Shown here: positions 17,745 through 31,468 of the stretch, piece after piece
Position numbering within the stretch: the stretch's first letter is position 1
Layout of the letters: every line of letters begins with the position of its first letter
Origin: Methanothrix sp.
GTDB lineage: Archaea > Halobacteriota > Methanosarcinia > Methanotrichales > Methanotrichaceae
Direction: 5' to 3'
Assembly: GCA_963682135.1 (NCBI GenBank)
Contig: OY821645.1
Span: forward strand, 800,001-864,000
Length of the DNA stretch: 64,000 nt
The notes under the pieces: model-generated
Told to the model about the DNA's origin: nothing
The model's input: only the letters and a program-made list of their open reading frames with translations
Database searches by the model: none
Program-made: the position numbers and the translations under genes

Positions 17745-19848
17745 AAGAGCGTACGCCATTGAAAAGACTATAAATGCGTACAGCATGGCTCTCCAAAATG
17801 AGCAAGACCTAATAGAAAAAGCCCGTATCCAGGAAAAAATCGCAGACAATTATTATGAGCTTTCCCTTGTCAAGATTGAAGATCGAAGATCCTGTCTACT
17901 AGAATCCATAGAGGCCTATCAGGAGGCTCTCGAGATCAGAACCCCGGATAGTTTCCCGAGAGATTATGCCAGAATACAAAACAATTTTGGGGCTATATAT
18001 CATACTCTGGCCCAGGTCGAGGACAAGGCCAAGAATTGCCATGAGGCTATCAAGGCCTACCAGGAGGCCCTAAAGATCCGCACTCTAGATGATTTCCCAT
18101 TGGATTATGCCAGGACGCAAAACAATCTCGGTAATGCATACGGCACTCTGGCCCAGGTCGAGGACAAGGCCAAGAATTGCAATGAGGCTATCAAGGCCTG
18201 CCAAGAGGCTCTAAAGATCCGCACTCTCGATGATTTCCCATTGGATTATGCCAGGACGCAAAGCAATCTCGGTAATGCATACGGCACTCTGGCCCAGGTC
18301 GAGGACAAGGCCAAAAACTGCCAAAAGGCTATCAAGGCCTACCAGGAGGCTCTAAAGATCCGCACTCTCGATGATTTCCCATTGGATTATGCCAGGACGC
18401 AAAGCAATCTCGGTAATGCATATCATACTCTGGCCCAGGTCGAGGACAAAGCCAAAAACTGCCAAAAGGCTATAGAGGCCTACCAGGAGGCTCTAAAGAT
18501 TCGCACTCTCGACGATTTCCCATTGGATTATGCCAGGACGCAAGACAATCTCGGTAATGCATACGGCACTCTGGCCCAGGTCGAGGACAAAGCCAAGAAT
18601 TGCCAAGAGGCTATCAAGGCCTGCCAGGAGGCTCTAAAGATCCGCATTCTCGATGATTTCCCATTGGATTATGCCAGGACGCAAAGCAATCTCGGTAATG
18701 CATACGGCACTCTGGCCCAGGTCGAGGACAAAGCCAAGAATTGCCAAGAGGCTATCAAGGCCTGCCAGGAGGCTCTAAAGATCCGCACTCTCGATGATTT
18801 CCCATTGGATTATGCCAGGACGCAAAGCAATCTCGGTAATGCATATCATACTCTGGCCCAGGTCGAGGACAAAGCTAAAAACTGCCAAAAGGCGATAGAG
18901 GCCTACCAGAAGGCTCTAAAGATTCGCACTCTCGACGATTTCCCATTGGATTATGCCAGGACGCAAGACAATCTCGGTAATGCATACGGCACTCTGGCCC
19001 AGGTCGAGGACAAAGCCAAAAACTCCCAAAAGGCTATCAAGGCCTGCCAGGAGGCTCTAAAGATCCGCACTCTCGACGATTTCCCATTGGATTATGCCAG
19101 GACGCAAAGCAATCTCGGCAATGTATACGTCACTCTGGCCCAGGTCGAGGACAAAGCCAAAAACTCCCAAAAGGCTATCAAGGCCTACCAGGAGGCTCTA
19201 AAGATCCGCACTCTCGATGATTTCCCATTGGATTATGCCAGGACGCAAAGCAATCTCGGTAATGCATACGTCACTCTGGCCCAGATCGAGGACAAAGCCA
19301 AAAACTGCCAAAAGGCTATCAAGGCCTACCAGGAGGCTCTAAAGATCCGCACTCTCGATGATTTCCCATTGGATTATGCCAGGACGCAAAGCAATCTCGG
19401 CAACGCATATCATACTCTGGCCCAGGTCGAGGACAAAGCCAAAAACTGCCAAAAGGCTATCAAGGCCTACCAGGAGGCTCTAAAGATCCGCACTCTTGAC
19501 GATTTCCCATTGGATTATGCCAGGACGCAAGACCATCTCGGTAATGCATACGGAACACTAGCCGAGGTCGAGGACAAGGCCAAGAATTGTCAAGAAGCTA
19601 TCAAGGCCTATCAGGAAGCACTCAAGATTCGCACTCTCGACGATTTCCCCATAGATTATGCAGAGACACAGACCATTCTTGGATCTGTGTACAAAACTCT
19701 GGCTGAAGCTGAAAACAAGATGGATAATTTCAGGAGAGCCAAGCAGGCATATGTGCAAGCGATTGAGACCTTGACTAAGCTGGAATTGCCAGAGATTAAA
19801 AAGTCGGTTGAAGATAAGCTATCCGAATTGGATTTTATCTGCCGCTAG
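17734..19848 (+). CDS. TPR-like protein with near-identical 47-aa tandem repeats
   Basis: 11 near-identical plus 2 degenerate copies of LDDFPLDYARTQxNLGNAYxTLAQVEDKAKNCxxAIKAYQEALKIRT. Confidence 0.9.
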   Translation: MTIKRAYAIEKTINAYSMALQNEQDLIEKARIQEKIADNYYELSLVKIEDRRSCLLESIEAYQEALEIRTPDSFPRDYARIQNNFGAIYHTLAQVEDKAKNCHEAIKAYQEALKIRTLDDFPLDYARTQNNLGNAYGTLAQVEDKAKNCNEAIKACQEALKIRTLDDFPLDYARTQSNLGNAYGTLAQVEDKAKNCQKAIKAYQEALKIRTLDDFPLDYARTQSNLGNAYHTLAQVEDKAKNCQKAIEAYQEALKIRTLDDFPLDYARTQDNLGNAYGTLAQVEDKAKNCQEAIKACQEALKIRILDDFPLDYARTQSNLGNAYGTLAQVEDKAKNCQEAIKACQEALKIRTLDDFPLDYARTQSNLGNAYHTLAQVEDKAKNCQKAIEAYQKALKIRTLDDFPLDYARTQDNLGNAYGTLAQVEDKAKNSQKAIKACQEALKIRTLDDFPLDYARTQSNLGNVYVTLAQVEDKAKNSQKAIKAYQEALKIRTLDDFPLDYARTQSNLGNAYVTLAQIEDKAKNCQKAIKAYQEALKIRTLDDFPLDYARTQSNLGNAYHTLAQVEDKAKNCQKAIKAYQEALKIRTLDDFPLDYARTQDHLGNAYGTLAEVEDKAKNCQEAIKAYQEALKIRTLDDFPIDYAETQTILGSVYKTLAEAENKMDNFRRAKQAYVQAIETLTKLELPEIKKSVEDKLSELDFICR
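17944..19700 (+). repeat. 141-bp coding tandem repeat
   Basis: 'gatttcccattggattatgcc' recurs at 18091, 18232 and onward with a period of 141. Confidence 0.95.
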
Positions 19849-19878
19849 AAGAAGCTTTATCAGATGATCCAAACAGAT

Positions 19879-21039
19879 TTACCCCCTCATCAGATTCACA
19901 GCCAGATCAAGCACGGTCCTGGGCCGGGAGAGGAGGACGACGCTGGCGGCGTAGGCAGCCTTTTGTGCAAATGAGCCATCAGAGATGAGCCTTTTTCCAG
20001 ATAGACCGTGAACAAGCTTATCGATCTCTGCATCTTTCATCATGGAGAGGGTCTGCAGAGATGCTCTGCCCATGCGGTACTGCCAGTAGAACTCCCTCTT
20101 CCAGAGCTGCTCATACCTGGAAAGAGCTTGACGGGATACGTCCCCTGCCAGGGCCGCCTCTCCTGCCACACTGCCGCAGATGGTGCCGGCCCGCATGCTG
20201 TAGGCAAGACCGCTCTGCCCGGCAGCCCCTCCCGTAACCATCAGGGAGTCGGCAACAATCTCGCCAGGCAGAACGCAGATCGGATCGCCACCTCGCCGCA
20301 CTGATAGTATCTTCATCTTCTCAATATCTCTGTACTGCGAGGCTTTGCAGGCCTTGAAGAGCTTCAAGAAATTGCGGAAATAGGGCTGGACATTCTGGCC
20401 GTGGCCGCGTACAAAGACGCCCAGTGTGGCCCGATCACCACCAGCAGGCGAGAAGGTGGCCTTCCAGCCGGGCGCCATGCTGCCGATCCAGTATTGAAAG
20501 AACATCTCCTCGCCAAGGCCCGGATGCTCAATATCGGCTTCCATGGCCCAGGCGATATCTTCAGGGTGGCGCATTGCCTTCAAACCCGCCTGCCCGACCA
20601 GGCCGGATGAGACTCCAGAGGCGTCCACCACAACCCTGGCCTCAATCTCGTCCTCATTGAGTGATACAGTTCTGCGGCTGCCTTGCAGCCTGCATTTCCT
20701 AGCGGCTGCGGCTAGCAGAGTAACACCGCAGCTTTGCGCGAGGCGCAGGTAGTGCTCATCGAATCTCTTTCGGTCAATAAAATAGCCTTTGGCGGGGATT
20801 GTAGCGCCCTGGCCGGAAGGAGAGAGAATGCGCATGCCTTCCAGCTCTTTCATCAGGTAGCAGTCTTCCACCTTGACTCCAGAGGTCGCGGCCATTCCTT
20901 CAAAGAGGGTGTTTGCGGTGTGATCCAGCCCGGCCAGATCTCTGTCTACTAATATTACCCCGGCTCCGCCTCTTGCGGCAGAGATTGCAGCCATCAGGCC
21001 GGCGGGCGAAGCGCCCGCTACCAGAACATCGCACTTCAC
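19879..21039 (-). CDS. Geranylgeranyl reductase-family FAD-dependent oxidoreductase
   Basis: 'DVLVAGASPAGLMAA' Rossmann motif, 'IDRKRFD', 'VVDASG'. Confidence 0.8.
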   Translation of the reverse strand: MKCDVLVAGASPAGLMAAISAARGGAGVILVDRDLAGLDHTANTLFEGMAATSGVKVEDCYLMKELEGMRILSPSGQGATIPAKGYFIDRKRFDEHYLRLAQSCGVTLLAAAARKCRLQGSRRTVSLNEDEIEARVVVDASGVSSGLVGQAGLKAMRHPEDIAWAMEADIEHPGLGEEMFFQYWIGSMAPGWKATFSPAGGDRATLGVFVRGHGQNVQPYFRNFLKLFKACKASQYRDIEKMKILSVRRGGDPICVLPGEIVADSLMVTGGAAGQSGLAYSMRAGTICGSVAGEAALAGDVSRQALSRYEQLWKREFYWQYRMGRASLQTLSMMKDAEIDKLVHGLSGKRLISDGSFAQKAAYAASVVLLSRPRTVLDLAVNLMRG

Positions 21040-21337
21040 GAGAACGATAATGGCGGGGGGATGAGATTAAGTTTTCCGGAGAACCGAGATGATGGGACAG
21101 GTAATAGCTCAGCAAAATCAATGCTCCTTAGCCTTCACTATCAAATTAATTCTGCCAGATGAGAATTCAGGCCGGCACGCCAGCTCTATGCATCTTGACC
21201 TTTAAGCGCGCACATCAGCCCTACCGACCCAGCAACATGGCTAAGTTGAATCAATATAATTGTATTTGGGTGGCTCTATCTTCCGTTAGTCATAAGTATA
21301 TCGATCAATCATTTATAACAAGAGGTAGCTTCACTTT

Positions 21338-21778
21338 GAAGAATTTGGCTGGCGCGGATACGCTCTGGACCGGCTGCAACTCCGGTGGAGCGCATTGGCC
21401 TCCAGCCTTATTTTGGGGGCTATTTGGGCATTGTGGCACCTGCCCATCTTCTTTATCCCAGGTACCTATCAGTATAGTCTTGGTGTCGGATCACTGGCTT
21501 TCTGGACGTACATGATAAGCATCATTCCCTTGACGATTTTATTCACGTGGGTCTTCAACAACACGTTCAGCAGCACATTAGCAGCAATATTGCTGCATAT
21601 TGTATTCGATATCACAGCGGAGGTATTCTCAGTAACAGAACAAGGATATACCTATTTTATTTTGTTGATGATTGTGGCATCGATTGTCATTGTCATAAAA
21701 TGGGGGGCAAAGACAATGAAGGTTCAGGATCATGATAATTTCCCTCAGCCTCTCTATACCCAAAATCGTGCTGAATGA
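21338..21778 (+). pseudogene. 5'-truncated CPBP/Abi (CAAX) intramembrane protease
   Basis: Frame reads EEFGWRGYALDRLQ...WALWHLP...AILLH; an in-frame TAG at 21326 leaves no N-terminal half. Confidence 0.75.
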
Positions 21779-21974
21779 AAGGTATATCATCCTTTAAAAC
21801 ATCATTTTTAATTGGGCTATAAAGCGCTACGATGCGGATGAATCCAAGAACGCGATGGTACAAATGAATCCCTGATCTCAGATGAATATTCTGAGAAAGA
21901 GAGGAAGGCGCGAAGCAGCATGGCAGTTATCTACATCTTGGCCTAACAAGGCATATTGACGCCAGATCGACGAT

Positions 21975-22046
21975 TGCCGCACGCGTGGACTCGCGCCCGC
22001 GTGTGGGGGCCCGGCTGCGCTCGTGGGCCTGGGCTGTGGGGCACGC
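21975..22046. repeat. GC-rich dispersed element interrupted by IS630 (continues at about 23305-23330)
   Basis: 24-nt TGGGGGCCCGGCTGCGCTCGTGGG at 22004-22027 is identical to 23873-23896. Confidence 0.65.
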
Positions 22047-23304
22047 TAGTGTTTAGCATCCAAAATAACATAGCAATATATTAATACTTGGAACTCAATC
22101 AGAGATCATGCCATTTGTGAGTAAGCGGCCTGCTCTGCAATTAACTGAAGAAGAGCTTGAGTGCCTTAATAAAGCTAGCAAGTCAAGAACGCTCCCTGAA
22201 AGAGCAGTAGATCATTCCAAAATCCTTCTTGAGTATTATGAGGGCAAATCAATTTCGCAAATTGCACGAGACTTAGAAACCAATCGGCCTAAAATTGAGC
22301 GTACGATTGACAAAGCCTTCGCCTATGGAATATATGCAGCATTGGAAGATCTTCCAAGAAGTGGCAGACCACGAAAAATATCCTCAGGCGCAAGAACATG
22401 GATTCTGTCTCTTGCTTGCTCAAAACCACTAGACCTTGGATATTCATATGAATTATGGACACAAAGTTTATTAGCAGAACATATTCGGAACCATTGTTTA
22501 AATAATGGGTTTCCAGAATTATCAAAGTTATCTCGCGGAACCGTCTCAAAAATACTTGGCGCTAGCAACGTAAAGCCTCATAAAATTTCATCATACCTTG
22601 CTCCAATCGATCCGGAATTTGAGCCGAAGAGCGTGGTTGTACTACATACCTACAAGCAGGTAGAATTGCTTCAACAGATGTCCAAAGAAAATAAGCCGCT
22701 CGACATGGTTATCATTTCATACGATGAGAAGCCAGGAATTCAAGCTATTGAAAATAAATATCCCGATTTAATGCCTGAGTCAGGTGAATATGCCACGCTT
22801 TCTCGCGACTATGAATATATAAGGCACGGAACAATATCCCTACTTGCAGGGATTGATCTCTTAACCGGGACTGTCCATTATAAGATATTCGACAGGCATA
22901 GAAGTAGGGAGTTCATTGAATTCTTAAAATGCGTCGATTCAGCCTATCTGAAAGATATAAAAATAATTATTATTCTTGATAATGTTCGCGTACACACATC
23001 TAAGGAAACCAGGAGATATCTCAAAACAGTTCCGCAACGCTTTCATTTTGTCTTTACACCAAAACATGCCTCATGGCTAAACATAATCGAGAGCCTATTC
23101 AGCAAAATGACTCGAAGCATGCTGAGAGGGATTCGTGTATCATCCAAAAAAGAGTTGAAAGATCGCATGAGTCAATATATAGACGACATGAATGAAACTC
23201 CAACAATATTTAAATGGAAGTACAAAATGGATAAAATGGCTGGCGGGATTGTTGCTGACAAGGACGGCGGAGTATTGATATGTTAATTTAGAACTGTAAT
23301 ACTA
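22047..23304 (+). mobile_element. IS630-family insertion sequence
   Basis: Imperfect terminal inverted repeats (CTAGTGTTTAGCATCCAAAATAACATAGCAATA versus reverse complement CTAGTATTACAGTTCTAAATTAACATATCAATA); TA duplication within CTAG at 22046-49 and 23302-05; AT-rich relative to flanks. Confidence 0.9.
22108..23286 (+). CDS. IS630 DDE transposase
   Basis: HTH plus 'PRSGRPRK'; catalytic 'SYDEKP', 'ILDN', 'SWLNIIE'. Confidence 0.95.
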   Translation: MPFVSKRPALQLTEEELECLNKASKSRTLPERAVDHSKILLEYYEGKSISQIARDLETNRPKIERTIDKAFAYGIYAALEDLPRSGRPRKISSGARTWILSLACSKPLDLGYSYELWTQSLLAEHIRNHCLNNGFPELSKLSRGTVSKILGASNVKPHKISSYLAPIDPEFEPKSVVVLHTYKQVELLQQMSKENKPLDMVIISYDEKPGIQAIENKYPDLMPESGEYATLSRDYEYIRHGTISLLAGIDLLTGTVHYKIFDRHRSREFIEFLKCVDSAYLKDIKIIIILDNVRVHTSKETRRYLKTVPQRFHFVFTPKHASWLNIIESLFSKMTRSMLRGIRVSSKKELKDRMSQYIDDMNETPTIFKWKYKMDKMAGGIVADKDGGVLIC

Positions 23305-23387
23305 GCATGCGGCAAAGGGGGCGGGAGGATTATGGCGCTCGAAATTAGGATTAGCTTTATCAAGAAATGTATTCAATTAGTATGCAA

Positions 23388-23618
23388 ATGAAAACCCTAA
23401 TTCAAATCCACATGGAAGGGAAATACTTCGTGGCAATCGACTTGATAACAAATGTGGCAGATCAAGGATTGACCGAAAGTGAAGCGATCTCCAATCTGAA
23501 GAAGGGTCTTGAAGAGCACTACCAGGTTCTTTTAGAACTGGCACCCAAAGGAAGAAAACTCTCTTTCCTGGACATCGAGGTAGAAGCACTTGCCAAGGCT
23601 TCCGGCAATCTCGGCTAA
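23388..23618 (+). CDS. hicB: HicB-like antitoxin (short form)
   Basis: 'VADQGLTESEAISNLKKGLEEHY' partial RNase H fold pattern; overlaps hicA. Confidence 0.75.
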   Translation: MKTLIQIHMEGKYFVAIDLITNVADQGLTESEAISNLKKGLEEHYQVLLELAPKGRKLSFLDIEVEALAKASGNLG

Positions 23619-23817
23619 AGCGGTCATCAAGGCTCTGGATAAGTTAGGATTTAAGATCTATCGCCAGACCGGAAGCCATATTCATCTCTGGAATGAAGAA
23701 AGGAATCTTGTCGTGACCGTGCCGAATCATCCAGAGCTGGCGAAAGGTACATTGATCTCGATTATGAAGCAAGCGAGGCTGGAGAGAGCGCAATTCATTG
23801 CGGCTCTAAAGGAATAG
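23590..23817 (+). CDS. hicA: HicA mRNA interferase toxin
   Basis: 'LGFKIYRQTGSHIHL', 'VTVPNHPELAKGTLISIMKQA'. Confidence 0.9.
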   Translation: MPRLPAISAKAVIKALDKLGFKIYRQTGSHIHLWNEERNLVVTVPNHPELAKGTLISIMKQARLERAQFIAALKE

Positions 23818-23824
23818 AACAGCA

Positions 23825-23922
23825 GGTCACGCATAGCCCCGGCTGCGGCCAACAGGGGCGCGCGTCCGTGCATGGGGGCCCGGCTGCGCTCGTGGGGATG
23901 CTGCAAAGGGGGCTGAGATAGC
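23825..23922. repeat. GC-rich dispersed element copy downstream of hicA
   Basis: Shares the 24-nt core and GCAAAGGGGGC with the IS-interrupted copy; ends AGATAGC (reverse complement GCTATCT). Confidence 0.6.
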
Positions 23923-24092
23923 ACGAATTTGCAGCAATCTTTTTGCTCCAGTCAAGGATCTGCAGCGATCTGCATCTTAGCCCTCTCGGGCGCCCACAGC
24001 CCCATCGAAAACCGTGCTGTATGGCTGATTTATATTGATACAATAGTAATTAGGAGCCCAAGCTCCAATTAAAGATACAAAAGAAATTTAGG

Positions 24093-24221
24093 TGAGCATA
24101 GCAGCGATCTGCATTTCCCGAGAGCTCGCGCATCTGAGTACAGTGCAGAACGTGGGCAGGCTTATCTTCTGAGTTCGGAATGGGTTCAGGAGTCTCCCTG
24201 TCGCTCTGGCCGCTATGCTCG
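24093..24221 (-). rRNA. rrf: 5S rRNA
   Basis: GAGCATAGCGGCC...CCCATTCCGAACTC...GCTATGCTC with paired termini; ends approximate. Confidence 0.93.
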
Positions 24222-24222
24222 A

Positions 24223-24281
24223 ATCCATGGTCCGGATTCGAACCGGCAGTAATTGCTTCCCCGTTGGAAGCTTACCGTGGA
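24223..24281 (-). other. tRNA-like processing element upstream of 5S rRNA
   Basis: Acceptor-like stem TCCACGG/CCATGGA, T-arm CCGG-TTCGAAT-CCGG, one internal hairpin, no anticodon arm. Confidence 0.7.
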
Positions 24282-24329
24282 GTAATGCACAATTTATGCT
24301 TTGCGACCAGATTTCGCCCGAGTTTAGCG

Positions 24330-27230
<2,901 letters not shown>

Positions 27231-27352
27231 CCCCACTAAACTCAGTGAGCGTCTGGTCGCAAAGCTTGTGCACAGCTTCACAGGACCGTCCCGTCAATGA
27301 ACGGACCTCTGCCCTTCCACATCGAGTCTGCCTCAATGTGTGCATATGAATT

Positions 27353-27425
27353 TGGACTTGCTGGGATTCGAACCCAGGGCCTCCGCCTTGCAAAGGCGGC
27401 GCTCTACCAGCTGAGCTACAAGCCC
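27353..27425 (-). tRNA. tRNA-Ala(UGC) in the rRNA spacer
   Basis: GGGCTTGTAGCTCAGCTGGTAGAGCGCCGCCTTTGCAAGGCGGAGGCCCTGGGTTCGAATCCCAGCAAGTCCA, 73 nt. Confidence 0.97.
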
Positions 27426-27551
27426 GGGTTATCATTGCCCAGCTAATAATCAGAATAGCTGGCTAATTTCTCTTGTTTGGTCTCGGTCGACATTTTCAGC
27501 TTCCAACTGGTTACGGGAGAGGTATGCTTTATAGGCATACCCAATAACTTT

Positions 27552-29022
<1,471 letters not shown>

Positions 29023-29228
29023 TCATATCCTTCTAGGAAGTTTTAAAACTCAATCATGTTATTCCGAAACCAGTCGGAATTGGCTGAGTCGCCAAGACCA
29101 ATGTCAGACACGAAAAATCTCGCGTCTCCATTTGTTTTAATCGCAACTTTTAGCTGCTCCTGCGATACAAGGCAGGTCTCGCTCTCTATTGCGACGCCTC
29201 ATCGGCCCATTAAGGTTGTCAGCCGAGG

Positions 29229-29398
29229 TATTTAAGCATTTCGCCCCACCCCGATTCACGAGAAGAAGAGAAAACCTCAGACATTCTTAAGGCCAATGTC
29301 GTACTTAGGCCCCATAATCATTATCTACAGGACCCTTGCCCCACCCTTTCAGGCGGGCCGAACTCATCCAATAACTCAGCCATATATAACCTTTTTGC
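29229..29398 (-). promoter_or_regulatory. Tandem rRNA operon promoters
   Basis: Minus-strand CGAAATGCTTAAATA (about 29243-29229) and GCAAAAAGGTTATATA (about 29398-29383) BRE/TATA elements. Confidence 0.6.
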
Positions 29399-29493
29399 TC
29401 TATCAACTCATACCATCGTTTAGTTTTAATATGATCGTAATCAAGAAACCAGGATTAATAATTCAGGATAAACACGCCTGCTGGAGGTCTTTT

Positions 29494-31452
29494 ATGGGTT
29501 ATACGTTAACTGAGAAAATCCTGAGGCAACACCTCGCGGATGGCTTCTACGAGCCTGGCAAAGAGATCGGCATAAAGATAGACCAAACCCTTACCCAGGA
29601 CGCAACGGGCACCATGGCCTATCTCCAATTTGAGTCCATGAAGCTCTCGGATATTGCTACTGAGCTTTCCGTCAGCTATGTCGATCACAACACCATACAG
29701 GTAGGATTCGAAAACGCAGACGATCACGCCTACCTGGAGTCCATCGCGAAGAAGTATGGCATTTACTTCTCCCGACCAGGAAACGGCATTTGCCATCAAG
29801 TCCACCTGGAGAGATTTGCCAGACCCGGCAAGACCCTGCTGGGGTCCGATAGCCACACACCCACTGCCGGCGGAGTTGGCTCCCTGGCCATGGGTGCCGG
29901 AGGACTTGATGTTGCGGTTGCCATGGGCGGCGGAGCATACTACCTTATCGCTCCACGCGTCATAAATATCCACCTCACAGGCCGACTGCAGCCTTGGGCC
30001 ACAGCCAAAGACGTTGTACTGAAAGTACTCTCCATCCTGAGCACAAAAGGAAATGTCGGCTGCGTCTGCGAATATACCGGAGAAGGCATTGCAGCGCTAA
30101 CGGTACCGGAGAGAGCCACAATCACCAATATGGGCGCCGAGACCGGTGTTACCACATCCATCTTCCCCAGCGACGAGCAGACAAAGAGATTCCTGCAAGC
30201 GCAGGGAAGGGAGGAGCAGTGGATAGCTCTGGCAGCCGATAACGATGCAATCTATGATCGCACTCTGGAGATAGACCTATCAGAGATTGAGCCGCTTGCA
30301 TCTGCACCTCACAGCCCGGGTAACATCGCCAGGATCAAAGATATCGATCTGCCCGTAGACCAGGTTATGATCGGCTCATGCACCAACTCCTCCTATGTGG
30401 ATCTCACGACCGTGGCAGCAATGCTGAAAGACAAACACCTTCCGGCAGGAGTTTCATTAGGTATTGCCCCAGGATCGCGACAGGTGCTGAGCCAGATCGC
30501 CAGGAACGGTGCCCTAAGCGACTTGATAGCATTCGGAGCCAGAATCCTGGAGTCTTCCTGCGGCTTTTGTATCGGCAACAGCATGTCACCATGCACGAAC
30601 TCCGTTTCTGTGCGCACCAGCAACCGTAATTTCAAAGGTAGATCCGGCACACCCAGCGCAAACGTCTACCTGACAAGCCCATTGGTCGCCGCCGCCTCAG
30701 CTATCACCGGCAGGCTGGCAGACCCGAGAGAACTGGGAATGAACTTTCCTAGAATAGACATGCCTGTGCATTTTGAGATCGATGACAGTATGATTATCCC
30801 GCCCCTATCGACTGCAGAGCGTGCAAAAATAAAAATATGCAGAGGCCCAAATATCGGAGAGCCTCCCATCAACGGACCTATGCCGGATGATATCTCAGGA
30901 CAGGTAACCATAAGGGTGGAAGATCTGGTGACTACCGACCATATCATGCCTGCCGGATCACGCTTAAAATACAGGTCTAATGTGCCCAAGTACTCCGAAT
31001 TCGTCTTTGAGCCGCTGGATAAAGAGTTCTGCCATCGGGCAATTGCCTTGCGCGATCAGGGCGCACATAACCTGATCGTAGCCGGTCTCAGCTACGGCCA
31101 GGGCTCCTCCCGGGAACACGCTGCTCTTTGCCCCATGTACCTGGGCGTAAAAGGTGTGATAGCCAAATCCATCGAGAGGATACATGCAGCCAACCTGGTG
31201 AATTTCGGCATACTGCCCTTAAGCTTCGCCCAGGAATCGGATTGGCAAAGCCTTCCGGAAAAGACAGAAGTCCGAATACCAGGCATTCGTAAGGCACTGG
31301 AGAGCGGCAAAGAAAATATCATAGCCTTTGCCGGAAATAAGCAGATCACCCTGAATATGAACCTCTCCAAGAGGCAAAGAGACATACTGTTAGCAGGGGG
31401 ATTGTTACCGTTCACCGTACAGGAACGCAATGGAGCAAAAAAAGAAAAATAG
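29494..31452 (+). CDS. acn: Aconitate hydratase
   Basis: 'GICHQV', 'GSDSHT', 'IGSCTNS', 'CGFCIG', 'SNRNF', 'TTDHI', 'GSSREHA'. Confidence 0.93.
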   Translation: MGYTLTEKILRQHLADGFYEPGKEIGIKIDQTLTQDATGTMAYLQFESMKLSDIATELSVSYVDHNTIQVGFENADDHAYLESIAKKYGIYFSRPGNGICHQVHLERFARPGKTLLGSDSHTPTAGGVGSLAMGAGGLDVAVAMGGGAYYLIAPRVINIHLTGRLQPWATAKDVVLKVLSILSTKGNVGCVCEYTGEGIAALTVPERATITNMGAETGVTTSIFPSDEQTKRFLQAQGREEQWIALAADNDAIYDRTLEIDLSEIEPLASAPHSPGNIARIKDIDLPVDQVMIGSCTNSSYVDLTTVAAMLKDKHLPAGVSLGIAPGSRQVLSQIARNGALSDLIAFGARILESSCGFCIGNSMSPCTNSVSVRTSNRNFKGRSGTPSANVYLTSPLVAAASAITGRLADPRELGMNFPRIDMPVHFEIDDSMIIPPLSTAERAKIKICRGPNIGEPPINGPMPDDISGQVTIRVEDLVTTDHIMPAGSRLKYRSNVPKYSEFVFEPLDKEFCHRAIALRDQGAHNLIVAGLSYGQGSSREHAALCPMYLGVKGVIAKSIERIHAANLVNFGILPLSFAQESDWQSLPEKTEVRIPGIRKALESGKENIIAFAGNKQITLNMNLSKRQRDILLAGGLLPFTVQERNGAKKEK

Positions 31453-31468
31453 ATCGTTTCTATCTTTT

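Noticed and set aside
17944-19700. CRISPR array or DGR target (many variants such as AAC/AGC/GAC and TAC/TGC sit at adenines)
   Set aside because: These are in-frame coding repeats without spacers; there is no reverse transcriptase or template repeat in the window, and several changes (ACT>ATT, GCA>GTA) are not at adenines.
21941-21965. GCCTAACAAGGC resembling an integron attC R'' site
   Set aside because: No complementary GTTAGGC R' box or attC-like hairpin downstream, and no integrase in the window.
24223-24281. A real tRNA gene (e.g. tRNA-Cys) between 23S and 5S
   Set aside because: Only 59 nt and lacking a D-arm/anticodon-arm pair; kept as a tRNA mimic instead.
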